Made by a program: the position numbers and the translations under genes. Below the pieces are notes generated by a model. That model made no database searches. It saw only the letters and a program-made list of their open reading frames with translations, and had not been told where the DNA came from. Positions 46,883-56,700 of a stretch of 64,000 nt of DNA are shown in pieces. The stretch is from Deltaproteobacteria bacterium (lineage in GTDB: Bacteria > Myxococcota > XYA12-FULL-58-9 > JABJBS01): contig JABJBS010000322.1 of NCBI GenBank assembly GCA_018668695.1, forward strand, positions 5,718-69,717, read 5' to 3'. Within the stretch, counting starts at the first letter, position 1; each line of letters opens with the position of its first letter.

Positions 46883-47148
46883 CCTACTCTCCAGGGTCGA
46901 CGGTTAAGGGGCGGCGGGCTCATCTACAAGATTTCCTCCACACGCTGGCATTATCGGGAAAAGTGCAGCGGTGTTTCGTCTAAATCACACCCAAACCCAA
47001 GCAGCTGTAATCATTGGGTTTTCAGCTCTCTTCCAGGAGGCATTGAAGCGAGAATTCAAGGAACATCTTTTCCTTTGGAACCACAAGCACTCCCCGCTAT
47101 AAAACCTTGAATTGGGGTTAAACACGTAAGCATGGTGACTGAAGTACG

Positions 47149-47346
47149 ATGAAGAAGCAGCAGACCATTGAAGAGCTCAACGCACAGCTCCACTCTTTGT
47201 ACAAAGAGAAAGAGGAGCTGCAAGAGGCTCTGGGCGTCAGTGATGCGCGCGATATCATCCTCATGGTTCGCAATCTTGAAGAACAACTCTGCGCTCTCTA
47301 CGCCGAACGCCAAGAGTCTTTAAACAATGAAAAAGAGTCATCATGA
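47149..47346 (+). CDS. Small coiled-coil protein, translationally coupled to the HTH-PYP gene
   Basis: 65-aa all-helical, heptad-rich sequence. Stop TGA overlaps the ATG of the next gene (ATGA). Confidence 0.4.
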   Translation: MKKQQTIEELNAQLHSLYKEKEELQEALGVSDARDIILMVRNLEEQLCALYAERQESLNNEKESS

Positions 47347-47909
47347 GTGAAGAGCTTCTTAGTAGCCAAAAGGCCGCTGCTATTCTTAAAGTCGCGGTAT
47401 CCACAGTAAAGCGCTGGACCGACGAAGGACTCTTACCCTGCGTCAAGACTGCAGGCGGTCACCGGCGTTATGCCCTATCCGATCTTGAACGGTTTTCATC
47501 CTTGCAAGGAGGCATTGCCGACGAGATTCCCATGATGGATAAGGATAAAATCCACGATTTACCACTGGGTGTGATTGAGCTTGATGACGAGGGTAATATT
47601 ATCTTCTACTCAAAGGGTGAGTCGAAACTTTCTGGATACAAAGCCGAAGAAGTCATGGGTCGGCATTTTTTTACCGACGTGGCGCCTTGCACCAACAACC
47701 GCATTGTTTACCGCCCGTTTCAAGAAGGTATTCTTAAAGGCGTGCTGAACATGGAAGTAAGCTACACCTTCACCTATGTGATGCGCCCTACGAATGTACG
47801 CTTGCACCTCTTTCGTCACCAAGTAACACAGACAAATTGGCTGCTGGTTTGGCACGAGTTGGCCACCGAGCAAGAGAGCACACCCGCGGCGGCAAGTATT
47901 GAAGAATAA
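47343..47909 (+). CDS. Excisionase/MerR-type HTH fused to a complete photoactive yellow protein (PYP) domain
   Basis: N-terminus AAILKVAVSTVKRWTDEGLLPCVKTAGGHRRYALSDLERF (HTH_17-type). Residues ~62-180 are collinear with Halorhodospira PYP: GNIIFYSKGESKLSGYKAEEVMGRHFFTDVAPCT (Tyr42, Glu46, Cys69 equivalents), YTFTYVMRPTNVRLHL (Phe96, Tyr98, Met100 equivalents). Cys codon at 47688-47690. Confidence 0.8.
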   Translation: MSEELLSSQKAAAILKVAVSTVKRWTDEGLLPCVKTAGGHRRYALSDLERFSSLQGGIADEIPMMDKDKIHDLPLGVIELDDEGNIIFYSKGESKLSGYKAEEVMGRHFFTDVAPCTNNRIVYRPFQEGILKGVLNMEVSYTFTYVMRPTNVRLHLFRHQVTQTNWLLVWHELATEQESTPAAASIEE

Positions 47910-48146
47910 GCCTGGTCTATACACATTCCTGCTTAATCTGTTTTTCAAGGCGCGAGGAGGCAAAGGATGGCCACGATCACTGCCGGAGTTGAGGCAAAAC
48001 GCAGCCAGGGCAACTTGGTCTGGAAATTCGGATACGGCAGCAACATGCCCCAGGAGAACCTGCGCCAAAAGAAGGGCCTCGATCCCCAAGGTGCAAAGCC
48101 TCTGGCGGTCCTTCGAGAATTCTGGGACGAGCAATAAAGCGCCGCA

Positions 48147-50231
48147 TCAATCCGGGTCGCAGGCACCATCGCAAGTTTGGCTGATCACACCATCACGAAT
48201 CAAAGTGATGATTTGATTAAAACCAGGCTCACTGAATGTAGCGTCCGAATGGGTGCCATTGTCTTGAGCTGGAACCACTGCTTCATCTGGTGGATAATAC
48301 TCAGCAAGATTTTCCGGCAACGTAAACTGCACCAAAGCCCCGCCGCGGCCAGTATCAGACTGCTCCAGCCCCCAAACATCTTCAACCGCCGGCGTAAGTT
48401 GTACCAAATCGAGATTTCTCGCCAACATGCGGGTGTTTAGGTTGGGCACTTGGCAGTCGCCAATGGCTTCTTGCAAAATTACTTTCGCTTTCAAAGAACC
48501 ATCCTCTTGCTTCATCATATGCGAGAGGTTGATAGGATCTGTAAAATCAAACATACCTTGCAGAAACGAAACAAAGGCAAGCTGAGTGAGTGGATCTGGG
48601 TAAAGCTGATCTACAAACATTTTGATGGGCTGATAGACAACCGAACGCGGAAGCATTGTTGACCAAGCCCCGCCTGGTACCGCGAGTATCGCTCGGTCGA
48701 TGCGATCGGATAAAGACGTGAGAGACGTTCCTTGAATCCCGCCTAAGCTGATTCCGTAATATCCAACCTTCTCGTCGCCAATAAGTGGCGCGTGGGCAAC
48801 CTCCAGTGCTGGGTCAAACTGAAGAGCGCGAATCGTGAGTTCCATCAAAATAACGTTATTGATAAGAGACTGTTGCAAGCGGTCTGTAACCACCGACAAG
48901 CGGTTTAAATCTCCAACGACCTCGCTGATAATCAAGTTGCGATCGCCGCCAGAAAGACCGATCCAGTTGGTAGCAATCACCACAGACTCGGTTGCCTGAG
49001 CCATTGGGTGAGTACGCTCGTAAGCATTCGGGTGGTCGCTGATATAGCCCCAACCTTCACCAAAAATACCGTGACCAATCAACGTGAATCGTAAGTTTCC
49101 TTTTTCGTTGGCAACGGCCGGCGCACCCATCGTGAAGGGGTAATTACACATGCCCTGCATCACGGGGGTACCGTCTTCAGCATAAACAAGCTCGTTGGTC
49201 TCTGTGAGAAAGCACGGTACATCAAACGTGCCTTTAACAATCATCGACATATTTTCGTTGATGTCCCGCTCAATGGACTCGATTTGATAAGAGAAACCGT
49301 TTGCATCGACATAAGCGAGTGCTTGGTCGCGCATCGATTGAACAGGACCAAGAAGATGCTCTTCACTTGCTACAGCAAAATCCCAAGCTAGGAATAAGCC
49401 GGAGCGCTCGTGGCCGTAGTTTTCAAGTGTCGTAAAAAGCTCTTCGTAAGATGCGCGGTGTGCTTCAAGCGCTTCATTGTTCGACGGGCGATTATCTCTT
49501 AGCGCGATAAAGCCAGGTGACTCAGGCAACGGCTGGCCGTCAACATCCAATAAGCCTTTTTCAATCACCACTGCATGGCGGTGACCCATGGACATTGGCT
49601 TCATGGGACGAACAATCAAGGCAAAGCGGTCTTCAACATCACTTAAGTCTCGCAGGTTCGCATCCATCTCCAACATAAAAGGAAGTGAATCACCGGTGGT
49701 CAGATCGATCAGGTGGACTTTCTGTTCATCGGAGAGAGAGTCTCCAATATTGGATTGATCAATCAAAAACTCAGGCGCAACATCGACACCAAAGTGCAGA
49801 AGAATCGGCATGGCCGGCGAGGCGCCATCTGCGCGGTTGTAGCGGTCAAAGTTGACCGGCATTTCACCGGTAGGAAGCGCGAGGCCCTCTTGCTTATAGT
49901 CCCAGCGAACACCTGTGGGTGACGAGATATCCTCTCGCTCAAAAAATCGGCTCGGGATAGGAAACAAACATTCACGAGTCGACGCGATGGGGTTACAGCC
50001 TGGCTCAACATTCACTTCGATGGGCTCGGCTTGCTCCACCTCTGGCTCAGTTTCAGTATCATCACCGGGCGTAGTACCATTATTTTGTGGCTCGGAGGGT
50101 TCTGTTGTGGTCGATGGGTCACCCACCGGCTCTCCTGTATGACTTGGCTCAGAGCTAGTACAAGCGCCAAGAAGCCCGCATGAGGCAACCAACAAGAGAA
50201 CGACTGATAGATTCAGGTGTAACTTTTTCAT
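48147..50231 (-). CDS. Secreted lipase/esterase-like alpha/beta-hydrolase lipoprotein, paralogous to the 1862..4150 product
   Basis: Lipobox LLLVASCGLLGAC, acidic linker. FPIPSRFF motif as in the paralog. GISLGG nucleophile elbow. Confidence 0.6.
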   Translation of the reverse strand: MKKLHLNLSVVLLLVASCGLLGACTSSEPSHTGEPVGDPSTTTEPSEPQNNGTTPGDDTETEPEVEQAEPIEVNVEPGCNPIASTRECLFPIPSRFFEREDISSPTGVRWDYKQEGLALPTGEMPVNFDRYNRADGASPAMPILLHFGVDVAPEFLIDQSNIGDSLSDEQKVHLIDLTTGDSLPFMLEMDANLRDLSDVEDRFALIVRPMKPMSMGHRHAVVIEKGLLDVDGQPLPESPGFIALRDNRPSNNEALEAHRASYEELFTTLENYGHERSGLFLAWDFAVASEEHLLGPVQSMRDQALAYVDANGFSYQIESIERDINENMSMIVKGTFDVPCFLTETNELVYAEDGTPVMQGMCNYPFTMGAPAVANEKGNLRFTLIGHGIFGEGWGYISDHPNAYERTHPMAQATESVVIATNWIGLSGGDRNLIISEVVGDLNRLSVVTDRLQQSLINNVILMELTIRALQFDPALEVAHAPLIGDEKVGYYGISLGGIQGTSLTSLSDRIDRAILAVPGGAWSTMLPRSVVYQPIKMFVDQLYPDPLTQLAFVSFLQGMFDFTDPINLSHMMKQEDGSLKAKVILQEAIGDCQVPNLNTRMLARNLDLVQLTPAVEDVWGLEQSDTGRGGALVQFTLPENLAEYYPPDEAVVPAQDNGTHSDATFSEPGFNQIITLIRDGVISQTCDGACDPD

Positions 50232-50662
50232 GGGCGGAATATCTAAGTTAGAACACGTTCTAGTCAATCCAGAAATGTCATGAGGAGTCTTGGAATTGCG
50301 CACCTCTCAACATCTTCGCAAGATCCTAAAATGACGAAACGATAAGTAGGACAGAAGTTTTCGCCCTAGTTTTTTGCGGCCACAAATTCAACGTTTTCTA
50401 AAATCGGTTGCATTTCGACCACTTAAAAATCTACCCCACAGTAAGATGCTAACAAGTCGGCGGCGTACTCGATGCTTGGCCGAGAAATGGCCCATTTTGG
50501 TACGCTTATTTGTCCCAAAATCAAATCGTAAGATCTACTTTTGTAAGCGAAGGTGAGGCTTCAGGGATGGGGAAACTCAAGAACGTAGTCTGCGGAACTG
50601 CGCTCCTTGATGCCTACTTTTAGCTGGTGAGAAGAAGGCATGGAGCCAGTGAACATTTCGCT

Positions 50663-51175
50663 TTATTTCAAATCGCGCTTGTTTAAACAGGGCAACCATG
50701 CCGAATCGGGTTTTGCCTGAGTCCAAGCCTTGAGATAGACCCGGCTCCAAACAGAATAACGCCAGATGAAAAATGGCCGGTGACCGGATGGCACATTTTC
50801 TTCCAACCGAAAACCCATAGCTTCCGAAACAAGATCTGTTTCAGTCACTTCATATTCTAAAAAGGGCGCATCCTCCGGCTCAGGCTCTAAGGAGGCTGCA
50901 CCCAAGTCGCTCGGCTCTACCTCATTCTCTAAAACCGTTAGAGGGCTGCGTTCATAGAGCGCCGTAAGCTTAAAGACCGCAGGTGAATAAGCTTCCAAAA
51001 GTTCAGCGTCATTACTTTTAATCGTGAGATAAACCTTGTTAACGCCAGATACATCCGCGACTTCCATCGATTTGGTAAAGAGCCCCTGCCAACTGGTGCG
51101 GAACTTGATAGTATCGTAAAGGCTACAAAATTTAGAAATACGCTGATTAGCCATAAGGTATAGTATGTCGTCCAA
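50663..51175 (-). CDS. Hypothetical protein
   Basis: 170-aa ORF. The 5' end overlaps the divergent ydeP-like start, so the true start is probably the internal Met at 51154. Confidence 0.45.
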   Translation of the reverse strand: MDDILYLMANQRISKFCSLYDTIKFRTSWQGLFTKSMEVADVSGVNKVYLTIKSNDAELLEAYSPAVFKLTALYERSPLTVLENEVEPSDLGAASLEPEPEDAPFLEYEVTETDLVSEAMGFRLEENVPSGHRPFFIWRYSVWSRVYLKAWTQAKPDSAWLPCLNKRDLK

Positions 51176-53474
51176 GAACCCATTGTTTAAATCAAATGCT
51201 CAGCCCCCTGTTCGTAAAGAGAAGATGCTGCGCACTGCCGCATCAACGTCTGCCGGCGGCGTTAAAGCAGTTGTTGAGGCGCTGCGTCATGGCATGTTGG
51301 AAATGGGACCCATACGAACCGGCCAAACCTTACTCAAAGTCAATCAGACTGAAGGTTTCGATTGCCCTGGCTGCGCCTGGCCAGATCCTAAACACCGCAG
51401 TCAATTCGAGTTTTGTGAAAATGGGGCCAAAGCAGTGGCCGAAGAGGCGACCTTAAAACGCGCCGGTCCTAAGTTTTTCAAGAAACACAGCGTAGCTGAG
51501 CTGGGCCAGTGGACCGATTATGAACTGGGTCATGCCGGGCGTCTCACCCAGCCGATGGTGCTTGAGCCCGGCGCCACACATTATACAACGATTGGTTGGG
51601 AAGAAGCTTTCAAAGTTATCGCCGCCGAGCTGAACCAGCTCGCACACCCAGACGAAGCCGCGTTTTACACTTCGGGCAGAACCTCCAATGAGGCTGCGTT
51701 TCTCTACCAGCTCTTTGTTCGGCAATTTGGCACCAACAACATGCCGGACTGTTCCAACATGTGTCACGAGTCCAGTGGCCTTGCCATGGTCCCGATCATC
51801 GGTATCGGCAAGGGTACGGTCACCCTAGAAGACTTCGAAAAAGCGGGAGCGATTTTCATCTTTGGGCAAAACCCCGGTACCAATCATCCCCGGATGCTCT
51901 CCACGTTACGAGAGGCCAAAGCTGCCGGAGCAAAAATTGTCTCCGTCAATCCACTTAAAGAAGTTGGGCTTCAAAGATTCACTCACCCTCAAAAGGTGGG
52001 GGATTTTTTAGTCGGTGGGCGTGAACTCACAGATTTGTATCTTCAAGTTCGAATCAACGGAGACATCGCTCTTTTAAAAGGAATGATGAAAGTCCTTTTA
52101 GAAAACGAAGCGAAACACCCTGGCTCAGTACTGGATGAAGCCTTCATTGAGTCAAAAACTGAAGACTTTGAAGCATTCGCGGCTGATATCGAAGCAACTC
52201 CCTGGGACGAGATTGTGGAAGTTAGTGGCCTGCTCGAAAAAGATATTCGGCAAGCCGCTCAGCTCTACCAAGAGGCTGACGGTGTCATTATCTGCTGGGC
52301 CATGGGGCTTACTCAGCACGTCAATGGTGTGGCCAATATTCAGTCGGTTTTAAATCTTCTTCTCATGGGCGGAAATATCGGCAAGCCTGGAGCTGGGGCC
52401 TGCCCCGTGCGCGGCCACAGCAATGTTCAAGGCGACCGCACAATGGGTATTTGGGAGGCGCCTCCTAAGGAGTTTCTCGATCGACTCGGCGAGGTCTTTC
52501 ACTTCGAGCCTCCTCGTGAACACGGACTTGCAGTGGTGCCAGTGATAGAAGCTATGAAGCGCAACGAGGTTAAAGTTTTTGTAGGTCTCGGCGGGAATTT
52601 TATCAGCGCCACCCCCGACACCGAGTACACAGCCGATGCATTGAGAACCTGTAAACTCACCGTTCAAATCTCAACCAAGCTCAACCGAAGTCACTTAATC
52701 ACTGGGCACAGAGCGCTGATTCTTCCCTGCTTGGGCCGCACCGAAATTGACCAGCAGCCTAGCGGTCGTCAATTTGTCACGGTGGAGAACTCCATGGGCA
52801 TTGTGCACAGGTCTCAGGGGCACCTAAACCCTGCCTCCAAGCATCTGCTGTCGGAGCCGGCCATTGTTGCCGGTATGGCCCAGGCAGCCCTTAAAACCAA
52901 AACGGGAACCGACTGGAACTCCCTGAGCCATAATTACAATATTATTCGCGACCTCATCGAGGAGTGCATTCCCGGGTTTGAAAACTTTAACGAACGGGTG
53001 GCCAACCCCCATGGCTTTTCGTTACCCAACGGGCCTCGGGAAGGAAACTTTACAACCCCTTCTGGAAAGGCTGCCTTCACGGTTCACCCAATCCCGAAGC
53101 ATCAACTTAATCCGCATCAGTTCCTAATGATGACCATTCGCAGCCACGACCAATACAACACAACGATTTACGGTTTGGACGACCGGTACCGCGGTATCTT
53201 ACAGGTACGGCGCGTTATCTTAATGAATGTCGACGATATGGCAGAGCAGAAGCTACAGGACGAGGATATGGTCAACATCCACAATACATTTGGCGGCCGT
53301 GAACGTGTGGCACAAGCCTTTAAGGTGGTGCCTTACGACATCCCGCGAGGATGCGTCGCAACCTATTTTCCAGAGGCGAATGTTTTGGTTCCGATTGATA
53401 AGTTTGCCAAGAAGAGTCTGACACCTGCGAGTAAATCAGTGGTTGTAAGCCTGGAGAAGGCGCCTAAAAATTAA
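51165..53474 (+). CDS. FdhF/YdeP-family molybdopterin oxidoreductase
   Basis: GFDCPGCAWPDPKH motif near the N-terminus as in E. coli YdeP. MopB-type domain blocks throughout. 769 aa. Start may be M21 (51225). Confidence 0.85.
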   Translation: MSSKNPLFKSNAQPPVRKEKMLRTAASTSAGGVKAVVEALRHGMLEMGPIRTGQTLLKVNQTEGFDCPGCAWPDPKHRSQFEFCENGAKAVAEEATLKRAGPKFFKKHSVAELGQWTDYELGHAGRLTQPMVLEPGATHYTTIGWEEAFKVIAAELNQLAHPDEAAFYTSGRTSNEAAFLYQLFVRQFGTNNMPDCSNMCHESSGLAMVPIIGIGKGTVTLEDFEKAGAIFIFGQNPGTNHPRMLSTLREAKAAGAKIVSVNPLKEVGLQRFTHPQKVGDFLVGGRELTDLYLQVRINGDIALLKGMMKVLLENEAKHPGSVLDEAFIESKTEDFEAFAADIEATPWDEIVEVSGLLEKDIRQAAQLYQEADGVIICWAMGLTQHVNGVANIQSVLNLLLMGGNIGKPGAGACPVRGHSNVQGDRTMGIWEAPPKEFLDRLGEVFHFEPPREHGLAVVPVIEAMKRNEVKVFVGLGGNFISATPDTEYTADALRTCKLTVQISTKLNRSHLITGHRALILPCLGRTEIDQQPSGRQFVTVENSMGIVHRSQGHLNPASKHLLSEPAIVAGMAQAALKTKTGTDWNSLSHNYNIIRDLIEECIPGFENFNERVANPHGFSLPNGPREGNFTTPSGKAAFTVHPIPKHQLNPHQFLMMTIRSHDQYNTTIYGLDDRYRGILQVRRVILMNVDDMAEQKLQDEDMVNIHNTFGGRERVAQAFKVVPYDIPRGCVATYFPEANVLVPIDKFAKKSLTPASKSVVVSLEKAPKN

Positions 53475-53631
53475 GAGACGCTCCTACGATACCTGCCCCG
53501 CCCGACGAACTCCCACACACTCAACTTGGCTTGGAGCTAAAGCTTCTCCCAAGCGAACACAGCTGAGTACAAACGACTTATCCAAGCCGTCTGAATGAAT
53601 TCATAAAATTTGAGATGAGATAAAAAAGAAG

Positions 53632-53719
53632 TGGCGGAGGAAGAGGGATTCGAACCCCCGGTAGGTCGCCCTACGCTGGTTTTCAAGACCAGTGCCTTCG
53701 GCCGCTCGGCCATTCCTCC
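53632..53719 (-). tRNA. tRNA-Ser (anticodon UGA)
   Basis: Reverse complement folds as a cloverleaf: acceptor GGAGGAA/TTCCTCC, anticodon stem CTGGT/ACCAG with loop CTTGAAA, long variable arm, GGTTCGAATCC T-loop, encoded CCA. Confidence 0.85.
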
Positions 53720-53791
53720 AACCGAGGCCGGATCTATACCAAGTGCTTGAAACTTTCAACTCTTTGCGCTACTACCCGCCTCGCCTTTGGT

Positions 53792-53883
53792 GGAGTGGTG
53801 GCCGAGCGGCTGAAGGCGGTGGCTTGCTAAGCCATTGTACTGGGAGACCGGTACCGGGGGTTCGAATCCCCCCCACTCCGCCA
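53792..53883 (+). tRNA. tRNA-Ser (anticodon GCU)
   Basis: Acceptor GGAGTGG/CCACTCC, anticodon loop TTGCTAA, long variable arm TGTACTGGGAGACCGGTACC, GGTTCGAATCC T-loop, encoded CCA. Confidence 0.85.
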
Positions 53884-54330
53884 TTTGCAAATCTTGTAAA
53901 TTCCCCTGTTAAATCAATAAGACAGAGCCTTTTTAATCAAGGGCAACGGGAATTTGCGTCCGATTTTTCGCCCCCCGCCCACTTCCAACCGATTCAATAC
54001 AGAGCGTTAAAAAAGTACGCCGACCCAAAATAATCTCCTAAAGCACCTCTGAAACAGCCGTCAAAAGGCCTATTTTTCAGATCGCCGGGCCGTGGAAATG
54101 CATTTTTGAGAGTTAAAATTCTAGAAAATGATCTGATTTCTGATCGGATTCACCAATCACGATCAAAAATTTCTCTGCATTGAACCACTAAGACCCTGTT
54201 TTCACTGGGCTCTGACCAAGGAATTCAAAGAATTCCTTATGAGCCACATTTTCGGCTCAAACAAGCAACTGTCTAAGAGCTGAAGCGATACTCTCACTAA
54301 CCAAGAGAACTTTAGACCAAGGATATCAGC

Positions 54331-54720
54331 ATGCCCGCCATCACAAACAATCAGCCCATCACACACAATTACCTCAGTAACACTGCTTCAGCTCCATCTA
54401 GGGCTCCAGCCTCTCCCCAAGCGCAGCTCGAAGCCCTCAACCAGCAATATCCCAACCTCGACCAGAGCCTGGAGCAGGCCCGTGCCGACGTAGCTTCTTC
54501 AAAAGGTGCAGATACTTGGGCTGGCCTTAAGTGGTATGAGAAGGCTGTCTTCTTTGTCCCACCTTTCGGACCCCTTATTGGCGTCATGATGCTCGACTCC
54601 AACAAAGACATGATTCGTTCGGCGGATAACAAATTAGAGAAATTAGAAAACGTAGCCACCCAGAGAGACGCTCTGAAGTCGCAAATTGCGGCTAACCAAA
54701 TAGACAGGTGGGTTGCATAA
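54331..54720 (+). CDS. Hypothetical protein
   Basis: SD AAGGA 7 nt before the ATG. Q/A-rich N-terminus and a hydrophobic segment (FFVPPFGPLIGVMML). Confidence 0.45.
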   Translation: MPAITNNQPITHNYLSNTASAPSRAPASPQAQLEALNQQYPNLDQSLEQARADVASSKGADTWAGLKWYEKAVFFVPPFGPLIGVMMLDSNKDMIRSADNKLEKLENVATQRDALKSQIAANQIDRWVA

Positions 54721-54726
54721 ACTGCA

Positions 54727-55260
54727 TCAAGCCTTGCGCACTTTTTGATAAAGCATAAATCCGCCAACCAAGAGAACGCTGAAAACAAGTAATATTGTTG
54801 CAGCTACACTTAAGGTGAGCGCACTTTTCAAAACCGCGACAAAAACGATGGCCACTAAAAACAAGGTGGCCACTTCATTTACCATTCTAAGCGACTTAGA
54901 ACTCCACGTACTCGTTCCATCCATTAAACGGCGGTGAATAATTCCCAGCATGTAATGGTAACCTAAAAGTGATCCCACCAAACTCAATTTGATAATCAAC
55001 CACGCAGGGACATTCCCGAAGAGTTGTACGTAGAGATGAGCAAGCCAGAGACCAAAAATCATCGTGAAGACCATGGCCGGAGTGGTAATCCCATTCCATA
55101 GACGCCTCTGCATGGTGCTTAGCTGCTCAATAAGTTCCGGGTTGTCGTTTCGCGCTCGGGCCTCGGTGTTGTAAATAAAGAGCCGAACCACATAAAAAAG
55201 GCCCGCAAACCAGCAAGTAAAAGCGATGATGTGAAGAGCTTTGACGATACCGTAGGTCAT
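54727..55260 (-). CDS. hemJ: Protoporphyrinogen IX oxidase HemJ
   Basis: KALHIIAFTCWFAGLFYVVRLFIYNTEA start and YHYMLGIIHRRL block typical of HemJ (UPF0093). 4-5 TM helices. Confidence 0.75.
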   Translation of the reverse strand: MTYGIVKALHIIAFTCWFAGLFYVVRLFIYNTEARARNDNPELIEQLSTMQRRLWNGITTPAMVFTMIFGLWLAHLYVQLFGNVPAWLIIKLSLVGSLLGYHYMLGIIHRRLMDGTSTWSSKSLRMVNEVATLFLVAIVFVAVLKSALTLSVAATILLVFSVLLVGGFMLYQKVRKA

Positions 55261-55278
55261 AAATACCTTTTGAAGGTT

Positions 55279-56661
55279 TCAGCTGGGACAATCAAGAGAG
55301 CGTTTTCGAAACCTGAGCACACCCACGAAAGCCAAAAGCCACCAAAGAGGCAATCCGGCTGCAGCACAGCCCTCTTCCCCGGGCTCAAAACCATTGTCGA
55401 TTGCGTTTTGTAAAAAATCAAACTCGCAACCATTCGCAGGATCTCCGTCCACGTCGTAAAACCCAGTTTGGCAGCCTTGAAGCTTGCAAAGCCCAAGGTC
55501 ACACAGACCATAACCGTTTTCCGGTGCACATGGGCTGTCACATGCGCCGCAATGCTCCATCGAAAAAGAAACATCGGTGCAAACACCGTCGCACGTTACG
55601 CATTCCGCACAGTCGTAACCTTCGTCCGGGCCTTGGAAGACACATAACTCACCCTGAGCCCCGCAGTCCCTGTTGCGCAAGCCATTGCGGGCGCACCATG
55701 TGAGAACATTGCCATCACAACTTCCGTAAAAATCGATCTCACCACATTCCTCAGGAAGACAAGCCCAACCCCGGGAGTTACCCCACCAGCCGCAGTACCT
55801 ATCGGTTGCTCTGCAGTCTTCAATCCGCTTGTAGCCATCCACGCATTGAACCAGAATATCCTCTTCACAAGCCCTCGGGGTATCGTCTTCACATTTTTCG
55901 AAAACCGGAGGCAGGCCCATTGCCAAAGTTTCGTCGACCCAATCGGCCATTAAATCAACACGCGTGAGATGATCGACATCAACACAGGTTGAATCGCCCC
56001 ACTGCTCCGTTCCCACAACAACCGGCGCCACATCGGCTGAAGGTTGCCAAAGAATTGGACCGCCAGAGTCGCCGTAACAAATGCCTTGTTCACCCTGACC
56101 ATCTACAGTGACTGTTTCGGAGTCAAAAGAAGTGATTTTTACCGATGCGAAGAACTGCCCAGTATCGTTTGAATAGGTATTTCCGTATCCCGATGCATCT
56201 ACCCATCGGTCTTCCCAACCTTCTAGGCTCTCTCGGTTCATGGCAATCGGCGTAAGATCGGCGACAAGCTCTGAGGCGTTGATACCTAAAATCAAGACCG
56301 CAAAATCCACCGAGGGGTGCTCAATAATTTGAGCAACTGGGATAAGAGCCAATGGTTCAAGAGGCAACATGCCGAAGCCAAAAAATATACGGTACGCCTG
56401 CTCACCCTCTGTGCAGTGACTGGCAGTAATGACCACTCGATCTGAGATTAAAGTTCCTGAACAAAACTCGGTGCCGGCTTCACCCGCTAAGTAGCCAATC
56501 GCATTGATCTGCCCTTGCGTTAGAAATGTGTTCTGTGGCTCACGGGTTCCGTTTACGATGGACTCTTCACACCACTGCGATGAGTCATCCAAAGACACCT
56601 CATCTAAGGGTGCGCAAGCACCCAGAAAACCGATAAAAAATACAGCTAAAAATCGATACAT
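55279..56661 (-). CDS. Secreted S1 (trypsin-like) serine protease with Cys-rich C-terminal region and MYXO-CTERM sorting signal
   Basis: Lipobox FLGACA. Catalytic His in ITASHCTEG and Ser in GDSGGP. C-terminal GCAAAGLPLWWLLAFVGVLRFRKRS is MYXO-CTERM. Confidence 0.7.
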   Translation of the reverse strand: MYRFLAVFFIGFLGACAPLDEVSLDDSSQWCEESIVNGTREPQNTFLTQGQINAIGYLAGEAGTEFCSGTLISDRVVITASHCTEGEQAYRIFFGFGMLPLEPLALIPVAQIIEHPSVDFAVLILGINASELVADLTPIAMNRESLEGWEDRWVDASGYGNTYSNDTGQFFASVKITSFDSETVTVDGQGEQGICYGDSGGPILWQPSADVAPVVVGTEQWGDSTCVDVDHLTRVDLMADWVDETLAMGLPPVFEKCEDDTPRACEEDILVQCVDGYKRIEDCRATDRYCGWWGNSRGWACLPEECGEIDFYGSCDGNVLTWCARNGLRNRDCGAQGELCVFQGPDEGYDCAECVTCDGVCTDVSFSMEHCGACDSPCAPENGYGLCDLGLCKLQGCQTGFYDVDGDPANGCEFDFLQNAIDNGFEPGEEGCAAAGLPLWWLLAFVGVLRFRKRSLDCPS

Positions 56662-56700
56662 TCCATGGAGCTTAGTGTGAATGCCAGCAACTGACAATGC

